From Octopus bimaculoides (lineage: Eukaryota): a DNA stretch of 64,000 bases. This document shows positions 23,190 through 34,047 of this stretch, in pieces. Made by a program: the position numbers and the translations under genes. The stretch is taken from the NCBI RefSeq assembly GCF_001194135.2, contig NC_068983.1:3628387-3692386 (forward strand), read 5' to 3'. Within the stretch, counting starts at the first letter, position 1, and each line of letters opens with the position of its first letter. The notes below the pieces were generated by a model. The model had not been told where the DNA came from. It made no database searches and saw only the letters and a program-made list of their open reading frames with translations.

Positions 23190-23620
23190 GACCATCATCC
23201 ATCTTTCTTTTCCTCACGTGATCATCTTTCTTTTCTTTCAGCCTGTCATACAGACCAGACGCATTCTTATCAAAGACAATATTTCTCTAGCGTTTGCTAC
23301 CTTACCTCATCTGGCCTAACGACCCTCCATGTTTGTTTTCGTTTGGTTTCCTTGTATGTCTCCACTGTCCTGTTTTTGTTACCAACTTTGACCCTCTGCA
23401 AATCCCAAATTTTATTTTGGTTCGCGGGAGAAACTACCTTTCAAAGCCACATATTGTCGTTAATTGCTCGAAATGTGGAGTAGATGAACAGCCGACAACT
23501 GATGAAGGGTCGTTATTTATGTTACTTGTCTTGTTTTCCATTTGTTTCTCTCATTGTTCGCATACCCAAGTTTGCCTTCGTATTTCATGTTGTTTACATT
23601 TTGTGACGTCCTGTACCCAT
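23190..23620 (+). repeat. Dispersed repeat (possibly a Penelope-type terminal repeat) carrying a permuted hammerhead
   Basis: Homologous to 59400-59790 (aaatcccaaattttattt, agtagatgaa.cag..acaactga.gaaggg). Confidence 0.55.
23447..23510 (+). ncRNA. Non-circularly permuted hammerhead ribozyme candidate, copy A
   Basis: CCACAU-A-UUGUCG ... GCUC-GAAA-UGUGG ... CGACAA-CUGAUGA-A-GGGU. Stem III CCACAU/AUGUGG, stem I UUGUCG/CGACAA, stem II GGGU/GCUC. Confidence 0.65.
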
Positions 23621-23624
23621 ATAA

Positions 23625-23675
<51 letters not shown>

Positions 23676-23778
23676 TATGTAAGTATGTACATATATGTAT
23701 GTATATATGCATATATATATATATATATATCATTTATATTATTATATTATTGAATGCCATGCATCCATTTCCAAGCAA

Positions 23779-23817
<39 letters not shown>

Positions 23818-25563
23818 TGTATGCATGTATATGTATATGTGAGTGCATATTCAAAGAGAAGTGTGTGTGCGTGCACACAGTTTTTACTTCGATGGTTACA
23901 ACTTTTGATGGTTCTTCATCCGGTGGAGATCAGCACGGCTATGTCCTTAGATGAATCATGACACAGCTGAGCTGATCTCCAGATGAAATGCCTTGCACTT
24001 TCTAAAGAATCATTGAACCAAAAAACTATGATATCCAACCATTAAACATATTGAACAGGTTTTGCGGTTTGCTGACGCTTTCGTTGTATGACTAAGGAGA
24101 CATATATATAATTATATAGCTTTTATCTTTCTCATGTTTCAGATGATTAAAACACAAACACCCCTTCATAGAGAGTATCAACAATAGAGGACACACTCGC
24201 ATGAGTGACAAGAGAATCGCAATGTTGCCTACTTTTGTTCAACCTTCAATGTGGCCTCAAAATGAGAAAATTACAGAGGTGGTGGTATTTCTTTGCCACA
24301 AACATGCAAGATACCTCCATCACTGAAACAAAACTTCTCATCTGTTTATGGTCAGGAATTATGCTGGACTTAGATATAATGAAGGAAAGCTGCTTTGAGA
24401 AATCACTGAATGTAGTGGAAGAGAAAGGTAGAGTGCAGGTCTTCATGCTCTGATGGTAGGGTTTTCTTTGTCAAAAATCCAGTTTTTATGTAGATAGGGT
24501 GATAAACCTTTAACTTCATCTAGAATTTAGGCCCACTGGGAGACTCAGTTTCCTTTAGCTGGCCTGCCAATGTTGTTGATTGCACATATCACTGCATACA
24601 GATTGTTTCTGGAGTCAGAGATGAAGGCTCGTTGCCAGTTAGAGGAGCTGGCATGATAAGGAATTGGCACAGGCTTCTACCAAATGTATTGTCTCATTTT
24701 AACACTCCATGCCCCCTAAGTATGTCATATGTGTGTGTGTGTGTGCAAGAGAGGGAGACAGAGGAAGAGAGAGAATGTAATGAACAAAGATGAAGAAAAA
24801 GACAGCGCAGGGATAAGTTTTAACAAATAATATACGTGTTTAACTTAAAAAGGAAGGTAAGAGGAATGTAGAGGGTGAGATAGATGTGTATGTAATGATA
24901 TGCGTGTAAGATGTTATGTGGAAGAGAATTATGAACAAGAGAGGAAAAAGAAAAAGAATTCAAGGAGAGAAGAATAAGAGAATAACTGGAGAAAGAAAAA
25001 TTACAACACTAATGCATAAAAAGTAAATATAATTTGTCAAGTACCTGAAATCCAATGGGTAGTTGTTACATTGTGTACAATTACAGTTGGTAGAAGCTGT
25101 AGGTTTACTTGGACAAGTTAGATGAGGCAAATGTGACTGAAGAGGGATGTAGTAGAGTATGATATTTTAACTGTATAAACCACAAGTTGGATATTTTTAT
25201 ATGTGAATGCATTTGTATATGTATGAGTACATATACATGTAACAACCAAAATTATTACCAACTGCCTATTGAGAAAAGTTTATCTATCAAAAGCTGTGGA
25301 CTATAGTCACGCTCACACCATCTGATGGTATCACAAGACATTACGTAGGAATGACAGCTAGTAACTTATAAGGGAGATACTAGCAACATACGCACTCCTT
25401 TAGGTGCAAGGACAGGGAAATTTCCTCCTTATCTGGAGATTGCAGGACCATTGAAAGAATTTCCTCAACATCATATGGAGCATTTATACTACAGAGTCAG
25501 AGGCGGTTTCAGGTGGGTTGGTATCAAAAGGGTTAAGAATTGTTTCTCTATCATATATTTCAA

Positions 25564-25784
25564 CCCTTTTGTTACCATATTTCTATTGAGATGCTCTCTG
25601 TTTCTTTCAATTACTTTAAATATAACAAAGAATTTAGTAAAATAACTTAGTTATCATTCAGCTAGTGTTAGGAGCATAAATTGTGACTAAGGTTTGGTGG
25701 AAGATTTTAATTCAGAACTTATGAAAACAAGACATTTGTACCACAGAGTCAAAGCTGGTTTCAGCCAGGTTGGTAACGAAAGGG
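25564..25784. mobile_element. piggyBac-like MITE (221 bp) flanked by TCAA
   Basis: TIRs CCCTTTTGTTACCA / TGGTAACGAAAGGG. TCAA at 25560-25563 and 25785-25788. Confidence 0.7.
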
Positions 25785-27930
25785 TCAAAGAAGTACAAAA
25801 ACCATAATTTACAATCATTTTATCACAAAATGCAGTGAAATATTTACTTTTCTTTGATGATGGCCAAATCCATGTAAACTTCTCAAAACATCTTTCGATG
25901 GTGTCCACAGGTGAAACAAAGCAAGATATGATTCAATGACTTTCATCCATTTTACCATAGAATTGTATAATTTGATTTAAAAACACAACAAACAGAGAAA
26001 ATAACAACAAATGAACTTAAAGTAAAAAACAATTTAGATGATAAATAAGGACTCGTTTTAAAATAAATGGTCCAATGTTAGTTTTAGTAATTTGGTGCTG
26101 GAAACGGTGCTTTTTGATTAAAATATGATCTCAGATTCTGGGGTCACCTCATTCATTCATTCATTTATTTATTTACACACATCCATTCGTATGTACTTAT
26201 TTACAGGGGTTCTCTGGACCCCTTTTATTATTATTTTATTCTGGTGGACCCCCATAGCCACTCGGTGTTTAAAAACTAGTTTTATAGGAACTTCTTTCAA
26301 AATTCCTATTTTGTTTTTCCCCCATTCCCTTGTGTAGGTTGAACAATGTAAAAGAGAAAGAAACCTAATTGTTTTTCTTGCAATACACACCAATACGAGA
26401 TACATCTAAGACAAAATTTCTTCAGGGGCCCTTAAAATACTATTGTGGATCCCCAGATCTCTTATATGGACCCTGGTTGAGAACCACTGATATAAACCAT
26501 CATCATTTTACATCCGCTTTCCATGCTAGCATGGGTTGGACAGCAAGATAAGCTGTGGGGCAGCATTGAGCTCCACTGTCATCCTTGGCCTAGCTTCTAT
26601 GGCTGGACGCGCTTCCTACCATCAGCCACTTTGCAAGGTGTATATTGGGTGCATTCTACATACCAGTGGCACTAATGGGAAAAGAACAGAGAGAAAGGAA
26701 AGGGAAAATGCTCCCACTACAAAGAGGAAGTATCAGGAAGAAGAAGGTGGAGGTAAGTGGCTTCATTGCAGGTGTTGAAAGACGAGAGTTTGAATGAAAG
26801 GCAAGCACAGGTATGCTGCTATAAAAGAGATACATGGCTAAAGGAGATCAAAAGAAGGTAAGTGATGGGATGCGAGAGAAAATTCTCAAGGTACAAAAAG
26901 ATATCATTCGACTACCATAATCAGTTGAAAGAAGAATCGGCACATTACATCTGCTCCTTGGAATCACCTTCATTCTTCATTATCATCCCAGCCCACACTA
27001 TTTCTATCAATCACCGTCTCTTCTGCCTTCAGTCATTGCTCTCCTTTCTTACCTGCCATCACTCTCAATGCCCTCCCATATCTATAACCCCACACCCACT
27101 TGCTATAGCCCCTTGAACCACTCCTATATCTCTCACCATGCATCTCTTCCCCCATCTTTTTCTCTCTCTATCCCCCACTGTATCCTGAGATGCTCCAACA
27201 CCCCACCACTGCTTCTTCTCTCTGCTGTCCTCCTCTCCCACCACTCAGCCTCATATCTCTGTCACAGATCACCTGCGATTGTTCTTCCACCACAGCCCAG
27301 CCTCTCAACCATCAACCCATCCTCAAATATTAACCAGCTGTAGAAAACCACACCGAATCAGACTGGAGTCTAGTGCAGCCTTCCAGCATGACAGCTCAGT
27401 CAAACTGTCCAACCCATGCCAGCATGGACAACGGACGTTAAATGATGATGATGATGACACACATACATACATACACACATACATACATGATGATGATAAC
27501 ACACATATATACATACACGCTGGCACATTTTGGTTAAATGGTCAAGAAGTCTGCCCATCCCAATGTCCTAGGATCAATTCCACCCTATGGCATTTTGGGT
27601 TTCCATCTGTTTCGGTAGCATCTGTCGATTGGTCATCATGTACCTTGTGAATGAAATTAGGTACACAAAAACCTATCAGATAGATTTCTATCTGTACTTT
27701 CAAGGTACGGCCTTGTCACAATACCACCTTGTTAAGGTGATTCTGGCTGAGAATTATGTTCAGGGTACTTGTGACTGAGGTACACTCAGCCACTTAAAAG
27801 TTAATCCAATAAGCAGTTAGAACAGTTGATCAAATGACTAAAACCTTATTGCTGAAAGTGATGGAGATCCATGCAAGTATTTGTGTTTCTATGTGTGAAT
27901 GATAGACGCTTCATTTTTCACACAGAGAAC

Positions 27931-28746
27931 TCAGCAATATTCCTTCACATCAATGGAATATAAAACAATGTCTCCAACTTTGAGTGTCTCCTTCCACCCG
28001 TCTTCAGTTTTTGTGTGATGTACAAATGGGTAGAAACCAGTCAGCGCTTGACAGGGGATGACTCTGTAAGAGTTCTTTGGGAGAATCACTTCATGTTTAT
28101 GAGACATTGAACGAGATTTGCAGCTCTGTATGTGATACGTACTTAGCATATGCAGTGGATTGCATGGTGCAGACAACTGCATTGAAGAAAATAGTCGTCG
28201 CTGCAAGGGAAATACCTTATCTTTCCGAAAAGTGAATTCTTTTGATAAATAAGAAATATCATCCCAGATATGTGTTTCGTTCTCGTTGAAAAAGAAAATG
28301 TCAACATATGGCCATCCAAATGGAAGATTAGGAAGTGTCTTTAAAGCCATATCTTTACGATAATATTTCCATGCAAAATCCTGAAAGTTTGGTACATACA
28401 AAGCAAAAGAATCATCGTATTTAGCCACAAATCGCTTCACAGCATTTCTAAGAGAAGCGTTGATAAGTATATCAAAGTCATCATCCCATGGTATAAGATC
28501 GTGATGACGATAAGAGCCCAGCAGAGTTCCACTGTATATCATGTATGGGATATTAGCACTGTCCAAAGCTCTGATAAATGCTCGGGCTGTTACCATCAAC
28601 AGCTTCCGTTCCTCTTCTGTAATTGGACTTTGGAATTGTCTATCGATATGTTGAGTGGATTTATAATACAACGACATACAGGTGTAAATGATAATAAGAA
28701 CAAGAATGTGCAGAGAATAACAGAAAACCATTTTATGTGTTACCAT
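27931..28746 (-). CDS. LicD/fukutin-related (FKRP-like) type II membrane phosphotransferase, paralogue 2 (271 aa)
   Basis: Intact ORF. N-terminal TM (LHILVLIIIYTCMSLYY). YSGTLLGSYRHHDLIPWDDDFDI and WPYVDIFFF. Colinear with paralogue 1. Confidence 0.92.
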   Translation of the reverse strand: MVTHKMVFCYSLHILVLIIIYTCMSLYYKSTQHIDRQFQSPITEEERKLLMVTARAFIRALDSANIPYMIYSGTLLGSYRHHDLIPWDDDFDILINASLRNAVKRFVAKYDDSFALYVPNFQDFAWKYYRKDMALKTLPNLPFGWPYVDIFFFNENETHIWDDISYLSKEFTFRKDKVFPLQRRLFSSMQLSAPCNPLHMLSTYHIQSCKSRSMSHKHEVILPKNSYRVIPCQALTGFYPFVHHTKTEDGWKETLKVGDIVLYSIDVKEYC

Positions 28747-28987
28747 CTTTGGATAATGTTTAAGTGCACATTAACTATAAATGAAGGCTGTGCTAGTAGA
28801 GAATCTCACAGAGGTTCCAGTTCAAAGGTAAAGAATATTAACTATAAAAACCAACAGTTACCTTTGCAGATAATCTTGTTGTTACTGCTGTTGTCATATT
28901 GATCATAGGTTCTTGGGAATAGTGATGGGAAATATTTGACAGATCTTTTTGGTGCCATGTAAAAACTGCAAAACTATTGCAGATTAC

Positions 28988-29231
28988 CTCTTTGAAATAA
29001 GTTTATATTATAAGGATAAGCAGATTTTCAGTCGGGTATATTTAGGTTTGAGAATGAAAAGAGAATATATTTGTGCTTTGGCCTAAAAACAGAGATTCTT
29101 TTCAATGGAATTCAATTTCTGAAAAGTGATATATCGTCTCCAAGACAACAGATCATCTTCTGTTTCAGTGGTAGGCTGCTGGTTTCATTCATTTCACATC
29201 ATAACTGCCAGAGAATTCTACCAACTGTAAT
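28988..29231 (-). other. Candidate non-coding 5' UTR exon of LicD paralogue 2
   Basis: Acceptor gtttttgtttattttaacag ending at 29232 and donor gag|gtaatc at 28987. A further acceptor tttttatag at 28842 lies upstream of the ATG. Confidence 0.4.
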
Positions 29232-30099
29232 CTGTTAAAATAAACAAAAACATAATTACAAAAATTAAATATATAAAAATATTGTTTATTGAGGCATAAT
29301 AAATGCCAACTATAATTAACATACTGATGAGCTGAAATAATAACAAAATATCAATATACACCATTCTTGTTTACCTCTGCAACAATTCATTTCAACTGGT
29401 TTCGAGTTATCTTTCATCTTTTCTATCTTTTACTTGTTCCAGTCATTAGACTGTGGCCATGCTGGGGCACTCCCTTGAAGAACTTTTAGTCACAATTGAC
29501 TCCAGGACTCATTTTTTAAAAGCCTGGTATTATCAGTCACTTTTGCCAAACTGCTAAGTTACACAGTGTTTTTTTTTTTAGCACTTTATGTCTTAAAAAG
29601 ACTTTCCATGGATAAAAATACCACAGCCTGAAAGCGTTTATACAAAACCACATACATTAACTGTTTAGCATTCAGATTTCTGTGTGAAATGTTTTGTTAA
29701 TTCATTCAAAATGATTTTAATTATTTATGCCTTTACCTTGTAGCTTTAAGATCTCAATGACACAATAATTTATTTTTAGAATATTCAGTCGTTCATTCCT
29801 TCGGTTCTCATTGTGCTTTGTGGCACCTGAGGTAACAGCAAAATCATCCCACCTTCCAACACCGAAAGCATCCTTGACAGCTTGTTCCATTGTTAACCCT
29901 CTCTGCTTTTAAGATCTTTTGTTATGGTTCTCCACCACGTTTCCTTTGGTTGGCCACGTCTTCTTTTACTTCATGGATCCCATTGCAAAGCGATCCTGAC
30001 AATTCAGTTCGGTTTTTAGCAACAAACTCGACCCAGCCATTTCCATCTCCTTCCTTCAATAGTTTCTCTTATTGGTTTCACATCAGCCTTAGTAAGTAA

Positions 30100-30470
30100 T
30101 CAGCTATTTGAGATCATATTTGGCCATATTCACGGAGGCAAAGTGGCTGAGTTCCTTTCGAGTGTTGGGCCTCAGGGAGGCAAAGTGGCTGAGTTTCTTC
30201 CAAGCGTTGGGCCTCACAGAGGCAATGACCGAGACCTTTGGCATTATGTCATGCTTGAGAAGAAAACCCATCAAGCCTAGCGAAGTCACAGTCGTGGCAG
30301 ATACTGGTGTCACGCAAATGGCACGCATGCTGGTGGCACATAAAGGCACCCATTACACTCTCAGAGTGCTGAATCAGATTGGAGTCTGGTGCAGCATTCC
30401 TGCTTGCCAGCCCTGGTCAAACCGTCCAACCCATTCCAGCATGGACAACGGACATTAAATGATGATGATT
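30100..30470 (+). mobile_element. RTE C-terminal remnant plus 3'-UTR with an internal ~43-bp tandem duplication
   Basis: LGLTEAMT-like peptide, duplicated ggaggcaaagtggctgagtt block, (GAT)n tail. Confidence 0.65.
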
Positions 30471-30762
30471 TAACACCTGTTTTTCATGCTGGCATAGAGC
30501 TGCATAGTGTGACATTTGCTGGGAAGACCAGGAGTCACACCAGGTTCCATTGTCTGTTCTGGTATGGTTTCTATGGCAGGACACCCTTCATAACATCAAC
30601 CACTTTACAGAATATTGTACTGGGTGCTTTTTCCATGGCACCACCACCAACAAGGTCACCAAGTAACTTGCAAGGCAAAGATCCCATTCAGCTGATATAT
30701 ATATTATCATCATCATCATCATCATCATCACTGTAGCAAGTTAAAGACCCCATTCAGCTTAT

Positions 30763-31090
30763 TCATGTGGCACTAGCACCAGTACATTTTATGTGACACA
30801 TTTTACGTGGCACTTAACATGTAGCATTATCACCAGTGTTTTTCATGTGGTACCAGCACCAGTACATTTTATGTGGCACATTTTACATGGAACTTAATAT
30901 GTAGCATTATCACCAGTGTTTTTCATGTAGCACCAGCACCAGTACATTTTATGTGGCACATTTTACATGGCACTTAACGTGTAGCATTATCACCAGTGTT
31001 TTTCATGTAGCACCAGTACATTTTATGTGGCACATTTTACGTGGAACTTAACATGTGGCATCATCACCAGTGTTTTTCATATGGCACCAG
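30763..31090. repeat. 80-bp minisatellite (4 units, last one 74 bp)
   Basis: Unit starts at 30763, 30843, 30923, 31003 and 31077. Confidence 0.9.
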
Positions 31091-31619
31091 CATCATCGAG
31101 TATCTTGCAAGATAAGAACCTCTCAACAGGGAGCAGAGAGTAATATGAGTGGGGGTTAGAGCTTTGAGGTATCGAAGGGGCAGATGTAGGTGCCTTGCTG
31201 TAGGGCGGGTACATGGGTACCCCAGTTAGAAAACAAAGGCAAAGGAGTTGGAGAGTAAGACAAGAGATGATGGCGGAGGATGTGTTGCAGACATGTTCCT
31301 GAGGGACATGGGGGGGGTAGTGAGAATAGGTGAGGTGATATAAGGGTTTGGGCCAGGTGAGTGGGAAGGATGAGGTGAGTGTAGCAAACAAGTATTTTTT
31401 TGTTTAGGTCTTGGATTGATAAAAGAAGAATGCAAAATATTGAGTGTTGTCATGTAGCATGAATTTGAGAGGCATTGATCTTCAGTGAATGGAAGACAGA
31501 GAGAGCCACATGATTGATTTGGTGGTGGAAAGGAATGTTGGGGAATTGATTTGAAATAAAATGGTATTTGAAACAGGTTCACTAACAGGGAGTTAGTCAG
31601 AAAATGTTCTGGATATATT

Positions 31620-31930
31620 GAGTGCGAGAGGGGGGAGGTAGGGGAGAGGGGGAGGGGAGAGAGGGGGAGAGAGATAGGGGAGAGTGAGAGAGAGAGGAGG
31701 GAGAAAGGGGGAGGTAAGGGAGAGTGAGAGAAAATGAGAGAGGGAAAGGGGAAAACAAGAAGGGAGTGAGAGAGAAGGGGAGAAAGAGGAAATTGGAGAA
31801 AGGGCAGATGTTCTCAGCACAGCTTGTAATAAAGGAAACAGAGGAAGAAGGGGGAGGGAGGAGGGAGAAATTGAGAGTGAGTGAGAGGGGGAGAGATAGT
31901 GCAACAACGTGAGTGATAAAGGGAGTGACT
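31620..31930 (+). repeat. Polypurine GA/G-run tract
   Basis: About 300 bp almost exclusively G/A with many G4-G7 runs. Confidence 0.8.
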
Positions 31931-32099
31931 GAGAGAGAGAAAGAGAGGGTGGGGGTGGAGTACTGCAGTATTTCTGACGTCATTAATTTGTTTCAGTTTT
32001 ACTGCCGGGTTCTGGCAAAGTCTACGTATTTCTGGTAGTGTTGTAAATTATTGGAAGAGTAGGAAATCAGCAGCAATAAAAACAAGGTGCCTACTAACC

Positions 32100-32720
32100 A
32101 CATCGACATTTTACCGCTGCTGCATTCAGATCGAGCGCGAGCGCGCGCACACACACGACCTTCCCAGCTCTGAGTGTGTGTGTGTGTGTGTGTGTTTGCG
32201 TGCGTGCGTGACTTCAGAGTCTGTATATTACAACATTGCAATGTCGGATTGAAATAGACAGACTTTGAAACCGTACGATTCTGCATTTTTCACTGTTCTC
32301 CCTTCATGCTACATGAAATCCACAGAAACAAACGCTGGGGACTAATTTCCTTTGAAGTACTCTATCAGTGATTATCTTAAACAAGTCCGTGTTCTTTATC
32401 ATTCGATGTGGTTAGCCAATTCCGAATAATATCGGAGAACAAATCTGTGTTTCTTTATACTGTGTGTAGGATATAAACAAAATCGAACACACATACAAAA
32501 AGCTATGCGTGTTGTTAGTTCGTGGTTTGGCTGCAGTTTTAGGCGTAGGAGAATATATCCGCTATGCGCCTGGTAATACCAGGCAAATAGCGGGTAGGCA
32601 ATCACTCACTTTTGGTCTCAGAACTGCCAAATGTTGGTTAGTTTCCGCGAAAAATTTTTATTTATTTACTTTGGGTTTCATGACGTGTCGAAGGCGACAT
32701 TTGCTTTGAAGTTGGAAAGT
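32100..32720. promoter_or_regulatory. CpG-enriched unique segment, candidate promoter/first exon for LicD paralogue 2
   Basis: Local CpG enrichment in non-repeat DNA 3.4-4 kb upstream of the minus-strand CDS. Minus-strand donor GTGAGT at 32604-32609. Confidence 0.3.
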
Positions 32721-32799
32721 GAAAGCTGACAGATAATGTGTGTGTGTGTGTGTGTGTATTTATTTATGTACGTGTATATGAAAGCTAATAGAGTGTACT

Positions 32800-33190
32800 G
32801 TGGAGGCGCAATGGCCCAGTGGTTAGGACAGCGGACTCGCGGTCATAGGATCGCGGTTTCGATTCCCAGACCAGGCGTTGTGAGTGTTTATTGAGCGAAA
32901 ACACCTAAAGCTCCACGAGGCTCCAGCAGGGGATGGTGGCGAACCCTGCTGTACTCTTTCACCACAACTTTCTCTCACTCTTACATCCTGTTTCTGTTGT
33001 GCCTGTAATTCAAGGGGCCAGCCTTGTCACACTGTGTTACGCTGAAAATCCCCGAGAACTACGTTAAGGGTACATGTGTCTGTGGAGTGCTCAGCAACTT
33101 GCACGTTAATTTCACGAGCAGGCTGTTCCGTTGATCGGATCAACTGGAACCCTCGACGTCGTAAGCAACGGAGTGCCAACAAACAAACAA
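32800..33190 (+). mobile_element. tRNA-derived SINE, family 3, full length
   Basis: A-box TGGCCCAGTGG, B-box GGTTTCGATTCC, (CAAA)n tail. Older partial copies near 11800-12000, 27700-27850 and 61850-62055. Confidence 0.85.
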
Positions 33191-33984
33191 TGGGTGTACA
33201 TGTGTGTGTGCGAGCGTGTTCTGCTTTATGTATTTGTATTCACTCACACACGCACACGTACACCCATTATCTTTCATATACACATACATACATACATAAA
33301 TACACACATTCTAGGCCCTATAGGATACATTCTCCTATGCCTAAAAACCGCAGCCGACACACGAACTAACAACATGCATACCTTGTGCAGGTTATGCCTG
33401 GCTAAGAAGAGAGCAATTTTAAAGGGTACTCAACACCCAGATGTTTACCTGAGTTTAGCAGGAGTGAAATGTTTAATCCTTGCCCACATGAAAGGAAGTA
33501 CATCCTATTGTACCTGCACACCCAACCATGACTGCAACCACAGGTCCCAGCCTTCCACCAATGCCCTCAAGCCCAACAAAGAGTTTGACCAAAGTACACA
33601 CCAAACCATCCATGTACACAAACGCACACCCCAATAAGGCAGAAACCACACAGCCATGCCTCAACAATATAATATATATAATATATCAAACCAGTGCAGT
33701 TTGGATGGAACCATCCTTCATGTTGACTATATATANNNNNNNNNNNNNNNNNNNNNNNNNNNNNNNNNNNNNNNNNNNNNNNNNNNNNNNNNNNNNNNNN
33801 NNNNNNNNNNNNNNNNNNNNNNNNNNNNNNNNNNNNNNNNNNNNNCACTTGAGATGGTTATATATATATATATAACAAAAACGCAATAGAAGGCATTAAA
33901 ACGTTCAGACAAATAGACGGTACAAAGGCAGGCAAGAGAAACAACAATTAGAAGGACAAGCAAAAAAAGAAGGGTCAATATTGA

Positions 33985-34047
33985 ATTTCTTTCATCAGTC
34001 AAGTCCCAGAAGTCATGACCATTTCGGGCAGTTACACTTGAGATGGT
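33985..34047 (-). ncRNA. Non-circularly permuted hammerhead candidate, copy C (stem II decayed)
   Basis: Minus strand ACCAU-C-UCAAGU ... CCC-GAAA-UGGU ... ACUUGA-CUGAUGA-AAGAAA. Stems I and III pair perfectly. Confidence 0.5.

Noticed and set aside
24100-24700. Non-repetitive segment with short ORFs on both strands
   Set aside because: No motif or domain was recognisable in any frame.
29324-29337. CUGAUGA-GCU-GAAA
   Set aside because: No room for stem II and no stems I or III, so a chance match.
30763-31090. Regularly spaced repeats resembling a CRISPR array
   Set aside because: The units are contiguous with no unique spacers, the context is eukaryotic, and no cas genes are present.
31999-32106. 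Short ORF tail resembling a signal anchor (MWLVGTLFLLLLISYSS...)
   Set aside because: It stops after about 35 aa, has only a weak donor, and no compatible downstream coding exon was found.
32800-32875. tRNA-like sequence with A and B boxes
   Set aside because: It continues into a 390-bp repeat body and tail seen elsewhere, so it is a SINE head rather than a tRNA gene. No true tRNA or rRNA gene was found.
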